This document shows positions 1-14,082 of a stretch of DNA of 64,000 nucleotides, one piece after another (position 1 is the stretch's first letter; every line of letters begins with the position of its first letter). Source of the DNA: Pseudovirgaria hyperparasitica (lineage: Eukaryota); assembly GCA_010093815.1 (NCBI GenBank), contig ML996589.1. One strand, given 5' to 3'. The notes under the pieces are model-generated. The model saw only the letters and a list, made by a program, of their open reading frames with translations, did not search any database and was not told the DNA's origin. The position numbers and the translations under genes are program-made.

Positions 1-249
1 TAACTAAGCTTATATTTAGTTCTCTTATTCTAAATTTTCTTCTTTAATATATCTACCTTACTCTTAAGATAAGTTATTAATTTATATACTATCTTCTTTA
101 GTTTAGATCTATTTAGGTCTAGAGTAGTCTATTCTTATTAGAGCTAGTTCTATATAATCTATTCGCGTTATTATAGTTACTAATTTAGCTTCTTTAATCG
201 CCTTTAAGGCTAAACGGATATTCTACTATTAGATCTCTAGCTAATATAT

Positions 250-3200
250 ATATATAGATATCTAATACTAGTTCTATTTCTAAGTCTATCTCCTCCTCTT
301 ATAAGACTTACTCTAAAGGGATTATCTCTACTCTAGCTATACCGGCTAAAAAATCCACTTATTATAGTAGTATAAAGGCGTACTCTAAGTTAGAGAAGAA
401 GATAGCTAAGGCTACTACTACTATTACTACTAATATAGCTACTAGTCACTCTAATCTAGGTAATTCTAGTACTAGTATTATAGAAGAGATAGCTATAAAG
501 CCTATCTATATCTACTTACGCTATCTATCTACTCTACCTTCTTTAGAGAATAAAGAAGATCTTATTATAGATAATAATTAAGAGTTCATACCTTCGCCGC
601 CCCGCTCTAAACGCTATTTCTCTTTTTAGTCTAATATAGACTAACTTAGTTACTCTAGGTTCTTTAAGGACCTTAATATTTACTCTAAACCTAGCTCTAG
701 TAATAATAAGGTCTAGGTTACTAAAGATACTAAATATAGTTACGGTTTACGCCATAGAAAAATAGTAAACTATAGTTTAATATACTTTAAGTATATTAAG
801 GCTTATATAACCGGCTCTAAATATCTCTTCTACTCTAACTCTAGTATTAGCTACTACTCTACTAACTATAATAGGTCTATATATCTAATCTTTAAGCTCT
901 CTACCCGCTACCGCTACTATACTATCCTTAGTAAAGTTTATCTTTAGGTAAGTCTATTAGACTATTTTAGTCTAGAGTAATCTAAAGTTATCTATACTAA
1001 TATATTTTTAGGTTTCTATTTATATATAGAATATATATAATAATCTTCGCGTCTATAAGACTCTTAGTAGTTTTAGTAATTATCTAGCTTCTATAATAAT
1101 AATAATAATAATATTATATAACTAGGTAGAGTAGTACTCTACAGGCCTATGCCTCCTCTAGTCTAAGCCACTATGTAAGAAGAAACCCCATAGGGAAAAA
1201 CTTCCTTATGTCTATAACTACATCTCGTTAAACCTCTGTTTCGTCTTAAGTATATAGCTATAGGGTACGCCTATTAGCCTATAGCCTATATTACCGTTAT
1301 TTTACCCTTAGGCAGCACGTGTAGATGCGGAGGTTATTAGTCAAGGGCTGCCCTTAACTAATAATCGGGGTTCTCCCGGGGTTCTTCCGGTATATGTCGG
1401 GTTACTACTAGCGTATGCCGGGTCTCTTCCGGTATATATTTCCGGGTCCACTAGTACTAGAGGAGTAGTAGATATATAAGTATCCATCGGGAGACGTCCT
1501 TAGAGTACTTATTAAGCTATCGTGTAATATCTAAAGTCTTCGTGACGTGGATAAGCTATTACCGTTATATATAGAGGTTAGGGTATATAGCTAGATAGTG
1601 GCGTATTATATCTCTCCGGCCGCACGCCTTACACCATAGAGACACGTTAGGGACGCCTCTCTTATAGAGGTAGTATAGGAGTTCTATAGCGCCCGTTCGG
1701 GCTTAGATAAGTATAGATGCTTAGGCTTTCGTTAGCCCTTTATATATCTATTTACTCGGTTCCTTCTATAGCCCTCGAATCTACTCTAGGTACCTATTCT
1801 ACTAGGAGGTCTAGTAGGCACGGAGTGCCTCTTTCTACTTATCTTAAGTCCACGACCGCATGTTTTTCACGAGTTCTTAAAGGCTCTACCGGTCTAGGAG
1901 AGCGTCCGGGTTATCTCGGACTTCTTATACTACTTAGCTAGAGTCGGCTTCTATTAAGCACCTGTACCGTATTCGATTCCGGCCTATATATAGGAGTGCG
2001 CGGTAATATATGCTGATTTATGCGCGTAGCGCGGCGAAAGTGTATTCTACGTTTCCTATACGTTTCTATACTTATTATTTAGTAAAGTATACCACCCTCT
2101 ATGTCTAGTAGAAGTTATATATACTTATAACGTCTGTCTCGCGTCGTAGTAGCACCGTGTTAGTAGCTTTATATGCGCCTAATATAAGACGGAGTATACG
2201 GTTCTATATGGATTCGAGCTTTATTCGCCTAGTCTATATAAGGGCCGTGTACTAGCACTCGTGTCTATACGTAAAGGCGGGTCGTGCTATAGATATATAT
2301 AGCTAGCGTACCTTATCCCGGGCGGTTCCCTATATGGAGACTATAATCTATCGTATGGCGGCTTCTACCCGGAGGGCCCTAGAGACGGTGTATACTACTT
2401 ATGGTCCCCATTTAAGCTTGCTATCTAGTATAACTCCGAGCGCGTGTATACTTTATACTAGTAGTTCGTTAAATGCGTCGATTCGGGGGCGTCGTTCGCC
2501 TTCCCTAGTTATCTATTTCCCTTAACGATTGATAAAGTGTATAAGCTAGTATTTCTCCGGGGCGAACTTTGCTCCGTGGCGTTTTACCTACTAGAGGCAC
2601 CTCTTATAGTCCTATTCTAGTCTTCTACACGTTCGGTTAGTATTATTATCGATAGCTAGGAGGTATGTATTATCAGCGTATCCAACTACCTCTATATACT
2701 TCATTCCTTAAAGAAGGTCTACCATAAAGAAGAGGAATAGGATTAGAGAGATGGTGCTCCCTTATAGGATGCCGTATACCGTCTCTTTATATTCGCTTTG
2801 GTATCTAGGGATATATATCTAAGTTGTTCTTCCTATGAGGAATGACTATATAAAGCGTGTAATCTATTCTAGTATTCGTCTTATCCGGAGGTTATGAATA
2901 AGTCTTATATGGTTTACCTTATTAAACGCTCCGGCCATATCGAGGGAGAGGAGCGATACTACCCGTCTCTACTTCTATGCGGCCTAGACGACTTCGATAA
3001 TATATTAGATAGCTATTATTAGGGAGCTATCTACCTTTACCTTCTAGTTCGGAGGGAGGAGATTATGTTTCTATGTCGCGGTGCTTATCTTCTTCGCTAT
3101 TATAGTCTCTAGTATCTTACCTAGGTAGAAGAGAAGGGCGATTAGTCTCCATCCCTTTAGGGAGTTAGGGCTCTTTCCTAGTTTCGGGAGCATAATAGTA

Positions 3201-6200
3201 TGGGCGACTCGGAAGTACTAGGGGTAGTACCCCTACGTGACGCATGCTTGGAATATACGAGTAATAAGCGGTAGGGTCGCCTTTATAGTTCTTTTTAGGC
3301 ATCGATTTAGAATTCCATCTGGTCCGGGTGCTTTGTTATTTAGGAGTATCTTAATAATGTTAAGTATATCCTCCTCCGTAACTTCTTCGGGGATATCTAC
3401 TATATATAGGTATTCGGCGTCGTGAACGTCTAATAGGTCTACTAGTTCTAGGAGAGGGAACATGGCCTCCTGTAGGGCCTTAGTTTTCTTAAGGCTCGTG
3501 GAGTATGTTCTCCCCTAATATATTAGGGGAGGTATAAGTGGCGGGGGTGTCGGAGTATCTACGCCCTTGGCCCATTTCGCTATACGCTATAGCCCTATTA
3601 CGTGTCGTGTCTATTAACTAGTAATTATACGCTACTATTTACGCCTTTTGTTACGGAGGACTTTATCGCGTTATCGTATCGCTTCCTTCTATTCTTCCTA
3701 CGACTCGAGTGTTCTCATACGGTATATACGTCTATATAGCCTTCGGGCGTCTTATCTACTTTCCTATACTTAAGGAATCCCCTTTACTTCCGGGGGCTAG
3801 TATATTTGGTATAGTACGTGTTTATTTCTCGCATTCTAGTATATTTATAGGAGTGTCTATACGGCCTGGTCTATGGCTAGGTTATTAGATACATCGACTA
3901 TAGAGGGATCTAAGATCGCTGATTCTAGGTCCTTTAGGTACTTTTCCTAGTCGGTGTCCTTCTATATCCATCGTCCCCGTTATTTATTCGGGGTATATAC
4001 GTTTATTACGGTTTCCATATATTCGTGGTCGGAATCCGTCTATACCTAGCCTAGGCGGTAGTATTAGATCCGGTGACTAATGTACTCCGTGGCGAAGGTA
4101 AGGTTAAGCGTAGACCCGTCTTCGTCCTATTTATGTTTTTTCTATATAACTTATTCTATAGGTGTAAGTAGGTATAGGAAGTCGTGGTAGCGGGTGTGTA
4201 GTTCCCTTACTCTAAGTTCTTCCCTAACTACGGCTAGGCCTCCCTACTATCGGTAGTAGAGGTTAAAGTCTCCTAGGAGGATGTGTTACCCTGGTTCCGT
4301 GGTACCCTCGAGCATCTCGTCTAGTATAAGTATACGTTATTAGTTATATATATTATATATATATAGGGGGCCTATATCTATTTATAGGTGTAGTATTATC
4401 CTAAGGTTATCGCGCTCGGTGTACGACCATAATAAGAGTGGTATTGATCTATGAATATGGAAGAGGACTTGTCTTTCTAGTCCTAGAGGGTATATAGTAT
4501 GGTATCCGGGGTGTGTGGTTGGTTTACTCGTCTAGTAGTATTTATAGGGTTCCTAGATAGCGAGTATTATGGCCCTAGTCTCTTTAAGGAGCGTCGCCTA
4601 GTTCTCTCTTTTATATTATACGTTTATCTATATAATTTAGAGTATATTCTAGTCCCTTATTAGGTACTAGGGAGTATATATACCTATATACTTATTTCTC
4701 GGAGGCGCGACTATCCTCGCGCGGCAGCGGCTTTAACTATGCCTTTTAGTCGTCCTATCGTCTTCGGGATAATCTACTATCCCGCCTAACTACCTTCCGG
4801 AGGGGAGGTTAGGGGTGTTATAAAGGAAGGGCCCGAGGTAGGTGTTATATTCTATAACTATCTCGCGCCTCTCGCTTTTATCGTACGAATATATTCTATA
4901 ACCTATTTATGTTTTATACACGTTAACGACTATAACGGGTATTTCCCGTCGTAGTTTAAATACTATACTATGTCCCTGTTTCTTAGCCCTTCTCCTCGCG
5001 GTTTATAAGGGCACTCCTAGGTGGCGTGGTCCCCACGGCACTATCCGCACTTAGTCTTCTATAAGTACCTTTGTGTAGTATATCCATACCCTTAATAGTT
5101 AAAGTACTATATTATTGCCCATGCCCTATCCCATGGCTCGGCCATAAGGAGCTCTCCTTCTACTAGGAATCCCTCCTATATAATATGTTATGCGAGGGCG
5201 GGGTCTCGGAGCTCTATAATTATAGTAGAGTGTTTTTTCGCCGTCGTCTTAATCGCCTATAGATTCTTCTACCACGCTTTTACGATCTTAATCCCTAGGT
5301 ATTTTCGCGCGTTAGATTATTCTATACGCGTAATATCCTCCGCTCCGATAGCCTATCCCTACACGGGTACTAAGTGTATCTATATCGGGTATATGGCCGC
5401 CCTAATAGAGGCGCCTAGGAAGATGCTACTAATCGCGTTCGGATCGCGCGAGATAGTCTACTACGCGATATTTGTTATCGTGGTAAGTACTACTCCTCCT
5501 AGCGTGAGTTTAGCGGCAACGATATTTAACTATATTCCCTTTTATTTATTAATCTTACTTACTATGTCCTTTGGGGATGCTCGCTGGACCTATACTAGGG
5601 TATCCTTATCCTAGATTACGACGCGTATACTACACGCCGCGTCGCTAGTCCGGGGGGCCCGTGGTATAGCTTCCGGTGTTACTACTATTTATACCCATGT
5701 ACTAGGGCGCTTACCTTAAGTGAGTTCCTCCTGGATTCTATATAGGCTGGCCTCTATTTGGTCGAGCCTACCCTCCGGTCCTCCTGGTTATGTCTTCTTC
5801 TCCTCCTCTATAATTCCCCTTAGGTTCCGGATAAGGTTCTAGAATATATATAGGAGGGTCTTCTGGCCCTCTCCGGCTTCCTTCTCTATACGTGCTACCT
5901 AGTAGTTAATATAATCTAGGAGGGTTTCCCCTCTCGGGGTCCCCTTTATTCCGCCTATCTATAGCGGCGTGCGCCTTTAGGTGTGTTCTACGTTTTAGAT
6001 AGGTGTATAGCTACCCTTAGTAATATCGCTATATGGCCTTTTCTATCGTACCGGTAGGGGTATATCCGGTATATACCGGGGTATGTCGGTGCCTAAGGCC
6101 GCTATATTTATTAGTTAAGGGCTGCCCTTAACTAATAAAAGGGGGTCGGCGTGTCGGCGTTCTAGTAGCGTGGTCCGTGCCTCTATCTCCGTAAGGATTT

Positions 6201-6856
6201 TAAGAGGGTGTGTATGTATCTTTACACGGCGATAACGTCTTGGTTTCGACGCTGCACGTACGTGCGTGTGGTAGTAGTTAGTGTACTCGGTATACTCTAT
6301 TAATTGAGGTGTGTATCTCGCTATATTACCCCGAATGGACCAAGTTAGCCTCTTGCGTTCGGGTTTATCGAATTTATCTAGCTTCTATATATAGGGAGTT
6401 TAGGGAGCGCTATAAGCTCTTTCTAGAGGTTATTAAAGTATAAGTTTAGAAACCGTTAATTATTATTAACCTTAGCTTATAATTTTTAGTTACTACGAGA
6501 TTCCTAGTACTTAGACTATCTATTCTAGAGAGTTAGTTTTAGCTACTAAGGCCGCGGAAGAGATTTATACTATTTCTTTCTATCCGCCTTATACTACTAA
6601 CGGATCTTATAAGAGATCTACTAGTTCTTCTTCTAAGTTACCTTATAAGAGAGTATATATTCTATTCTAGATTATTCTAGACCGTGTTAGCTAACTTTAG
6701 ATCTAGTTACTCCGCTCTAGCGCTTAGTCGTTATCTTACTAGGCTCTAACTAAGCACGTAGTTACTCTAGAGGATAAGGTCTCTAACCTCTATTACTCTA
6801 TTACTTAGTTAGTTCGTTTACTATACTCTAAGAGTAATAATAAGATAGAGAAGTAG
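250..6856 (+). pseudogene. RIP-degenerate, apparently spliced ORF antisense to Gypsy pol (low-complexity N-terminus, putative Cys cluster, C-terminal coiled coil), split by LINE copy 1
   Basis: Long plus-strand frames at ~370-890 and ~6500-6856 whose stops are TAA/TAG (compatible with CAA/CAG). GTAAGT donor at 948, ACTAAT branch at ~996, TAG acceptor at 1009-1011. Start position approximate. Confidence 0.45.
1096..6373 (-). mobile_element. Tad1-like LINE, copy 1 (full length, RIP-degenerate)
   Basis: (AAT)n tail at ~1096-1113. 16-bp TSD ttatctagcttctata at 1080-1095 and 6374-6389. ORF1 with three CCHC-like knuckles; ORF2 with APE motifs (AI*EP, LLGDFNL, SDH) and RT motifs (KAPGPDGI in ORF 3233-3463, SLDMAGAF, GYADN at ~2670-2685). 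Reverse-complement match to copies 2 and 3. Confidence 0.95.
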
Positions 6857-7394
6857 CTCTATAGCTCTGTTTACTAGGGTTTCTATATAGTATATATTAG
6901 CTCTATCTACCTAGTTTCTATCCGTTTTAATCCTTTTTAGACTATTTAGATATCTATCTACTAGTTTTCTAGTAATTTAATTCTTAACTTAATAATATTA
7001 TATATATTCTTATTTATTCTATAACTATTAAATTCTAGGTTCTAATTTCCTTTAAGTTACTTAAGTATAGATATTATATATAAATTAATTTATCTCTCTA
7101 AATTATATTAGAGTACCTAAACTAGTAGCCTAGTAGTTATTAGTTTAGGTACTCTAACCTTTTATATTATATATCACGAGTTTAATTCCGTAGTAGGGTA
7201 CCTTTTTAGTTTCTTAGTTCTATATTCTTCTTATATATAATAGTCTATATTAGTTTATTCTAGACTTCTCTATATTATTCTATTATAATATATTATATTA
7301 TATATCTATAACGGTTATTTATATTTTCTTCGTGTTTAGTAACTATACGTCGCTTGAATTATAGGGCTACCCTATAGAGTTTTCCTAGTATACG

Positions 7395-10300
7395 TTTAGA
7401 ATTTATAATTCGATACTTCGTTCTCTATGGTATCCTTCTTCTTTTTATAACGGCCCCGATAGCGCTAGGTTTATAGTAGTAATATATTATTCTATAACCT
7501 CTATTTATATATAGCTATTACGGTACTTAAGATATATACCGTAGGTTTCTAGGTATTCTTATCCTTAGTATAGTTCTTCTAATAGATTTAATACTTTTAG
7601 ATACTATTCTTATCGAGCCTATATTTAATAATATAGTCTACTTTATATACGTCTAGTCTATCTTAGAGTATAATAGAGTATAATTATACGTTTATACGTT
7701 TATATATATTAGATTAAAACCTTTTAAGTAATAAGACGTGGAATATATTATAGACTTTTATATTATTTTCTAGGTTAAGCTTATAGACTCTTATACTAAT
7801 ATAACGTTTAATTTAGAAGGGACCAGCTATTTTATAATTAAGCTTTTTATTTACTCGCGATATTTATATATTATAGATATTAAGGAGGACTTTATCTCCC
7901 TTCTTATACGCTTAATCTTTAACTAATCTATTATAGTACTTTATATATAACTTATTTACTTACTAGATTATTATGTAATAGTTACGTATAGTTTTAAAGA
8001 TTTTAATTACTAGTTCCTATATATAGATATTAATATCTATTATTTAGTTGAACTAGACTATATAAGGTTTAAAACCTATTCTTAGACTATATTCTAGGTT
8101 TGTCTAGAAGGGTGTGACATCTATTATACTATAATAACTATTATTATATATAAATTCTACTATACTTAGTAGAGAGGCCTAGTTATCTTATTCGAAATTA
8201 TAGAATATACGAAGGTAGGCCTTAAGCGTTTAGTTCTATCGCTCTATCTAACTATCTATTTATAGATAAAATACTATTAATATATTTCTATTTATACTAG
8301 CTATTTCATAGAATAACGTCTAGAATTTAGATATAAATATACTCCCTCGGTCTATAACGATCCTTTTTAGTATACTATAGACCTTAATAATCTTATTCTA
8401 GAATACTTATGCTAGTTCTTTTAATATAATTATCTTCTATATAGGGATATATCTAGATATCTTTATAAGTCGATCTATAATAATAAGAATTAAATTATAA
8501 CTTATTCTAAGTATCTCGCTTAGAGGTAAGTTAACTATAAAATCTATAGTAATATCTTTCTATATAAAGAGGGGGACTAGTAGAGGCTATAAATTCCTAT
8601 ATAGCTTATACCTAGGTACCTTTATTCTTTAATAAATTAGATAAATAGCTATCTATTCTTCGATATACTTAGGTATATCTTTCTAAAAGTAGTACTAATA
8701 AATCGAGCTTAGAGTACGTATATACCCGAAATGTCCTACTAGGTTAGTATTATAGTATTAGCTAACTATAGTAAATCGTGTATTATCTATTAGTATATAG
8801 TACTTTCTATTATAGTAGAGTAAGCCGTCTATAAAGGTCTACTTATAGTCTACTTTAGTCTATAATAACCTATTTTACTATATTTTATATAACTTTAAAA
8901 CTATTAGGTCTATCTTTTATAGATCCACGATTAACTAGATAAGGTCTACTTAATATATACGCTAGGTACCATCGCCCTCTCTAATAGCGCTAATAAATAG
9001 CTCGCTAGGGACTTCGGTACTACGTCTTTAGTTACCGGCTTTAGTCTTATAAATTTAATTACTAGCATTAGTATTAGTATCTTACTAATTATTAGATAAC
9101 TTATTATCTAATCTTATTCTTAAGAGTTAGGCCTATAGCTACTCTAGGACCCTATAGCTACTATAATCCTAGGCGCCTTCTTTATAGTTAGGTCTTCTTA
9201 ATATTCTATTAGCTAGATTTATACTTCTAGATTAATAGTAGATTATAAAGTAGAAATTTATAAGCTACTTAGCCTATCAAACCTATTAACGATTTAAAAC
9301 CATTATACTTATAAACCCCTTTAAGTTATAGTAATTAGTTAGTAACTTAATATTATATATAGTACCTTTAAGATAATATCGCTACTACTTAAACGACTCT
9401 ACTATTACTAGTAGCTCTTAGTTATAAATAGTATATCTAGTCTTAATATTAGCTATCTTACGCGAGAAGAACGTAACTAGATACTATTAGATCTTTTTAG
9501 ACTCTATTAGTCTAGGCTAGAAGAGTATACCTAAGATTATAAATTCTAATATATTAGTTTTAACGTAAATAGATTTAGTTAGATTAAAGTATACTAGTAA
9601 TAGAGCGGTTATAAATGTCTCTTTGATTTTCTTAAAGGATATTCTTTCGACCTCTATTAATTTAATAGATTATAACTTAATATTATACTATTTCTATCTA
9701 CTATAGACCGTAATAGACGAATTAGTAGTAGTAGTATATATATTAAGTAGTGCGGCTAGATAGGAGAAGTATTTAATAAATTTTCGGTAGTAGTTAGTGA
9801 AGCTAATAAAGACACGTATATCTTAAATAGATTTTAGTTTAGGCTAGTCTATAATAGTAGTAACTCTATCTCTCTCTATAGTTATACTTTAATTAGTAAT
9901 AATAAAGCTAAGAAAGTTAATATAGTTCTAATAGAACTTATATTTAGATAGCTTAATATATAGCTTATACTTTTCTAGTCTATCTAGAACTATATATACG
10001 TACTAGATATACTCCTCCTTATTATCTAAGAAGATAAGAATATTATCTAGATACACGATATATATTATATCGAGTAGACCTACTAGCGCGTTATTAATAT
10101 ATACTTAGAAGGTATCTAGTACGTTAGTTAGTCTAAAAGGGACCACGGTATACTTAAAGTATCTATAATAGGTCCTAAAAGCCGTTTTCTATTCGTCGCC
10201 CTCCTTAATATAAAGGCGATAGTAGGTGTTATATAGATTAAGCTTAGTAAAGATCTTTATATATTCTAGTCTATTAATAGACTTAGAGATAAGAGGTAGT

Positions 10301-12578
10301 AGATAGTAATTCTTTCGCGTAATATTATTTAGGCTATAGTAGTTAATATATAGATAGAGGCTTCTATTCTTCTTCTTTATAAAGAGGATTAGAGCTCTAG
10401 CTAGAGATATACTAGGCCTAATCTATCCTCGCGTAAGGTTCTTTTTAATATATTCTTAAAGGACTTATAATTTAGGTTCTAAAAGAGAATAGATAGGTCT
10501 ATATAGAGGTTACTAGCCGTCTTTAAGATTAATAGTAAGGTTAGTAGATTAGTATTAAGGTAGTTTAGAGGAATCGATCGCTAATATAATATATTAGTAT
10601 ATTTTATACTAATATAGTAGGTTTTTATCTACTTTAATACTAAGCTCGCTATTTTATATAAGTAAGAGTATATAGATAGTAGAGATTGCCTTCTTATAAT
10701 CTTTCTAGAATTATTTATCGTTAATAAGCTATACTAGTTCCTATTAAGGTAGGTTTATATACTAGCTAGCTATCTTCTTAAGGAAGTCTAGTTTTAGATT
10801 ATATTTCTTAAGCTATAGTATATCTAGAATTATATTAAAGGGACTATCTACCACGATAAAGGTTAAGTAGTAGAGTTTCTATTTCCCTCCGCTATTCTAG
10901 ATACTATATTTAATAGTATAGGTACTATATAACTTAATAGGACCGTCAATACTATAGAATATAGTATCTATTAGAGCTTAGATATTAACATTAAGTTCTT
11001 ATACTTATTAGATCAATATAACATTAGTAGCCAAACTACTATTAAGTATTATAGTCTAATATTATCTATAAGGGACCTTAATAGGTCTAGCCTATAGTTT
11101 AATATACTATTTAGTAGATTACCCCTCTATTATAATCGCGTCTATAAGTCGCGAGGGTTTCTTATAGACTATTAGTTTTTTATATTCTATACTAGATAGT
11201 TAGGCGCGATATGTCCTAGCTACTAGTACTTATAGTATATAACTAGTTAGTTAGTTATATTAGTACTTAGTAGCTTCTCTAAATAGTACTCGGGTACTAT
11301 ATAGTCTATTCTACTATAGGTATAGTAAGTAACTTTAGGTCGTTTATACGAGTCGGTCCTTATATCTTAATATATTAATTAGTAGAGAGATCTATAATAT
11401 AATCCTTATAGTTTTAAATTTAAGGCGTAGTAGTAGTCTTATAATATTCCGTAAGATCTATTACTAAATCGGTTTTAGTTAGATAATTTTATATTAGATT
11501 AGATTATTAGAGATAGTTATATACTAGCGCGGTATTAATTATTTATTATATACTAGTATTACTCCGCGAGGTTTATAAGAGCTTAGAGATCTATAGAGAT
11601 TATCGTTATAAGATTAAGATAGTCCTTTATATTTAGAGTAAGGGACCGTTTAAAGTCGTCGTACTATTAAATTATATAATCTTCTTCGGCTTCTCTCTAG
11701 AGAGGCCGAAGGTATTTAAGAAGTTATAACGGTAACTAATTATCTTATTATCGAGTCTTAAAGATATAGCCCTAGGCCTAGTCGTGTTATTTAGCCCTAT
11801 TACTAAAATATTAGAGGAGAAATTTAGTAAACGTGTTCTAGTTATAGATATCCTTAGAATATTTAATTTAGTATACTATCTAACGTTCTAAAGGTATTAG
11901 ATTAAGGTAGTTCTAGGCGAATCTAATTTTATTACTATCGTTCGTAAATAGATAGAAGAATCGGCTATATTAGTAAGTCTATATATAGAAACTCTTTCTA
12001 CTTTTACTATTAAAGTAAGGTAGTTTCTTAGGTTAGGGTAATTAGGATAGTAGTAGACTAGAATAGACCGTTTTAGTTAGTATAGGTCTATATAAATATA
12101 GATTAGTTATTACTAGAACTAAAGTATATAATATAGCTTTAAGTCTTATAGTACGTCCTTAAGCTTTATTAAGTTTATATAGTTATTACTTAAGTTAAAT
12201 CTATTATTATCTCTCTTCGTATAGTCTAGTATACACGTTATTATAAGATATAGTTAATATTAGATAATTCTAATAGATTAACTCGCTAACGTTAATAAGG
12301 TCTAGCCTTATATTAAGGTTAGGTCTAGTATAGTTTAAACTAGACTAAGATAGAGTATAATAGACTCTATCCTCGTATTCTATAATATCTTCTATAGTTA
12401 TATAGAATATCGTATAAGTTATTAGTATAATAGTCTATAAGGTATAGTTATTAGTAGAGGTAGTTATAGATAGACTATTCTCCTTATTTAGATTAGGAGA
12501 AGGTCTACTATAAGAGGCGGTACTATAAGTATTATAATAAGTAGTTAGAGCTATTTCTATAAACTACCGTCGTGCTAT
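7395..12578 (-). pseudogene. Gypsy gag-pol, inactivated by RIP
   Basis: Motifs as listed for the element; many TAA/TAG stops at Gln/Trp positions. Ends approximate. Confidence 0.88.
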
Positions 12579-12676
12579 ATAAAGAGAAATTAAAATATAA
12601 GAATTATAGACGTAGAATAGTAGTCTAATAGGTTATAGAAGGATTTAGAAATATATTTAAAAGGGTAGTCTACTCT

Positions 12677-12826
12677 TATAATAAGATTAATTTCTAAAGA
12701 GTAGAAATTAAGTATATACGGTCTACTTATATAGTAGTCTCGCTTAATCTAGCTAACTTAACCTAGGTCCACCTATCACGGACCGTACTAGACTATAGTA
12801 GTCTAGTTAAGTCTATTCTAGTGTCA
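12677..12826 (-). repeat. Probable 5' LTR of the Gypsy element (~150 bp)
   Basis: Lies just upstream of gag. Minus strand begins TGACAC at 12826; the other end is tata (RIP form of tgta/TACA). The partner LTR is not in the window, so unconfirmed. Confidence 0.4.
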
Positions 12827-14082
12827 GCCCTAATACTAGTATAGTTTCTACTAGTCTAGTATTATTATCTATAGATCTAAACCTTAAGGGATACTTAAAA
12901 CAGCTATTTAAATTATAGAAGAAGTAAAGATAGCAAGGCCGTAACTAAGGAGTTATTATTAATAATATTTAGAGTAAGCTCTAGTATAGTAAGACGATAT
13001 ATATAAACTACTAAGGTTAGTACTATAAGATTATATTATCTAATAGAATACTCTACTATAAGGTAGATAAGACTATCTTAGAGCTATAGACTAATAATAT
13101 TATTAATAGCGTTTAAGGGGTAACTAAGAATAAGCTATTAATAGACTTATTCTATAAGATTATTACTTAATTGTACCTAAGAAAGTCTTGAACTACTAGT
13201 AGAACTAGTACCTCGTTAACCGCCGTTAATAGAAGTACTACTTCTATACTTAAGCGCCTTGAAATAAAGAGATTACGATATAAAGAGACTAAGTTAGATT
13301 ATAAGAAGTAGAATATAAGGCTTTAAGATAAGTAGATAAGATAGATAATAATTAAGCGTAAGAAGATAATAACGAGATATTATTAAGATAATAAAGATAA
13401 GCTCGTATATACTTAACTACTCTATTAGATAGAATTATAGCATTATAGATTTAATCTTATAATATCTATATAGATACCTACGTTTCCTTAACCTTAACCT
13501 TAATCTTATTCTCTATCTACTTATAGTTTGAATTATTTACTAACTTATAAGACTTATTATAAAACACCCCCTTAGACACGAGTTATAGAAACCTTTAGTA
13601 GTCTAGTATAACTAGGGCGTTACTAGGCGAATATAGTACTATTAGCTCTTAAATAGCGTAAGAAGATAGAGACTTATAATAAGACGAGGGCTAGGATACG
13701 TAAATTAAGACTATATATAGATAATAACTACTATACTTACTACTATATTAAGAAAATAACTCGGTCTAGAACTACTTATTATAAAGCCGTAAAGATAGTA
13801 GGTATTCTACTTAGTATTCTACTAGATATATATCTATACCTTCGTAAGTATAAGGAGTAACTTAAGGTAAGTAAGATAGCGTCCTTACTCTAGGCGTTTA
13901 CTATAACTAGTATAACTAGTATTTAGATAGGGATGGTATAGTATTTCTTAGAGTGTATTTAGGAGTATATATTTATATATTAAGACTATTTACTTAATGA
14001 ATAGTATCTAAAACGGATATATATATAGACTATTACTAGCTAGCTAAGCGACTTACTCGTTAGTAAGTTAATAACGAGTAAG

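Larger units (their letters stand above)
1..12826 (-). mobile_element. RIP-degenerate Ty3/Gypsy (chromovirus-type) LTR retrotransposon; 3' end lies left of the window; interrupted by LINE copy 1
   Basis: Minus-strand domain order is gag-PR-RT-IN-chromodomain. Two CCHC knuckles at ~11185-11335 (YYKY**LGHIAPNY, YYTYSRIDYIVPEY; Cys>Tyr by G>A). RT 'EGDE*KTAFRT...VVPFRLTN...VYLDNILIF' at ~10030-10230. Integrase 'FYL*IDS*IER' (=FHPQTDGQTER) at ~8240-8290. GPF motif and 'FHV' at ~7735-7830. Chromodomain 'NT*KP' (=NTWEP) at ~7545-7650. Confidence 0.93.

Noticed and set aside
1717..5614. Short ORFs inside LINE copies (also 16045-16227, 54032-55248, 58451-58675)
   Set aside because: Antisense chance frames or small surviving pieces of ORF2 in RIPped repeats; not independent genes.
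13486..13503. (CCTTAA)3 resembling the telomere repeat CCCTAA
   Set aside because: Only three units, each mismatched, inside RIPped sequence.
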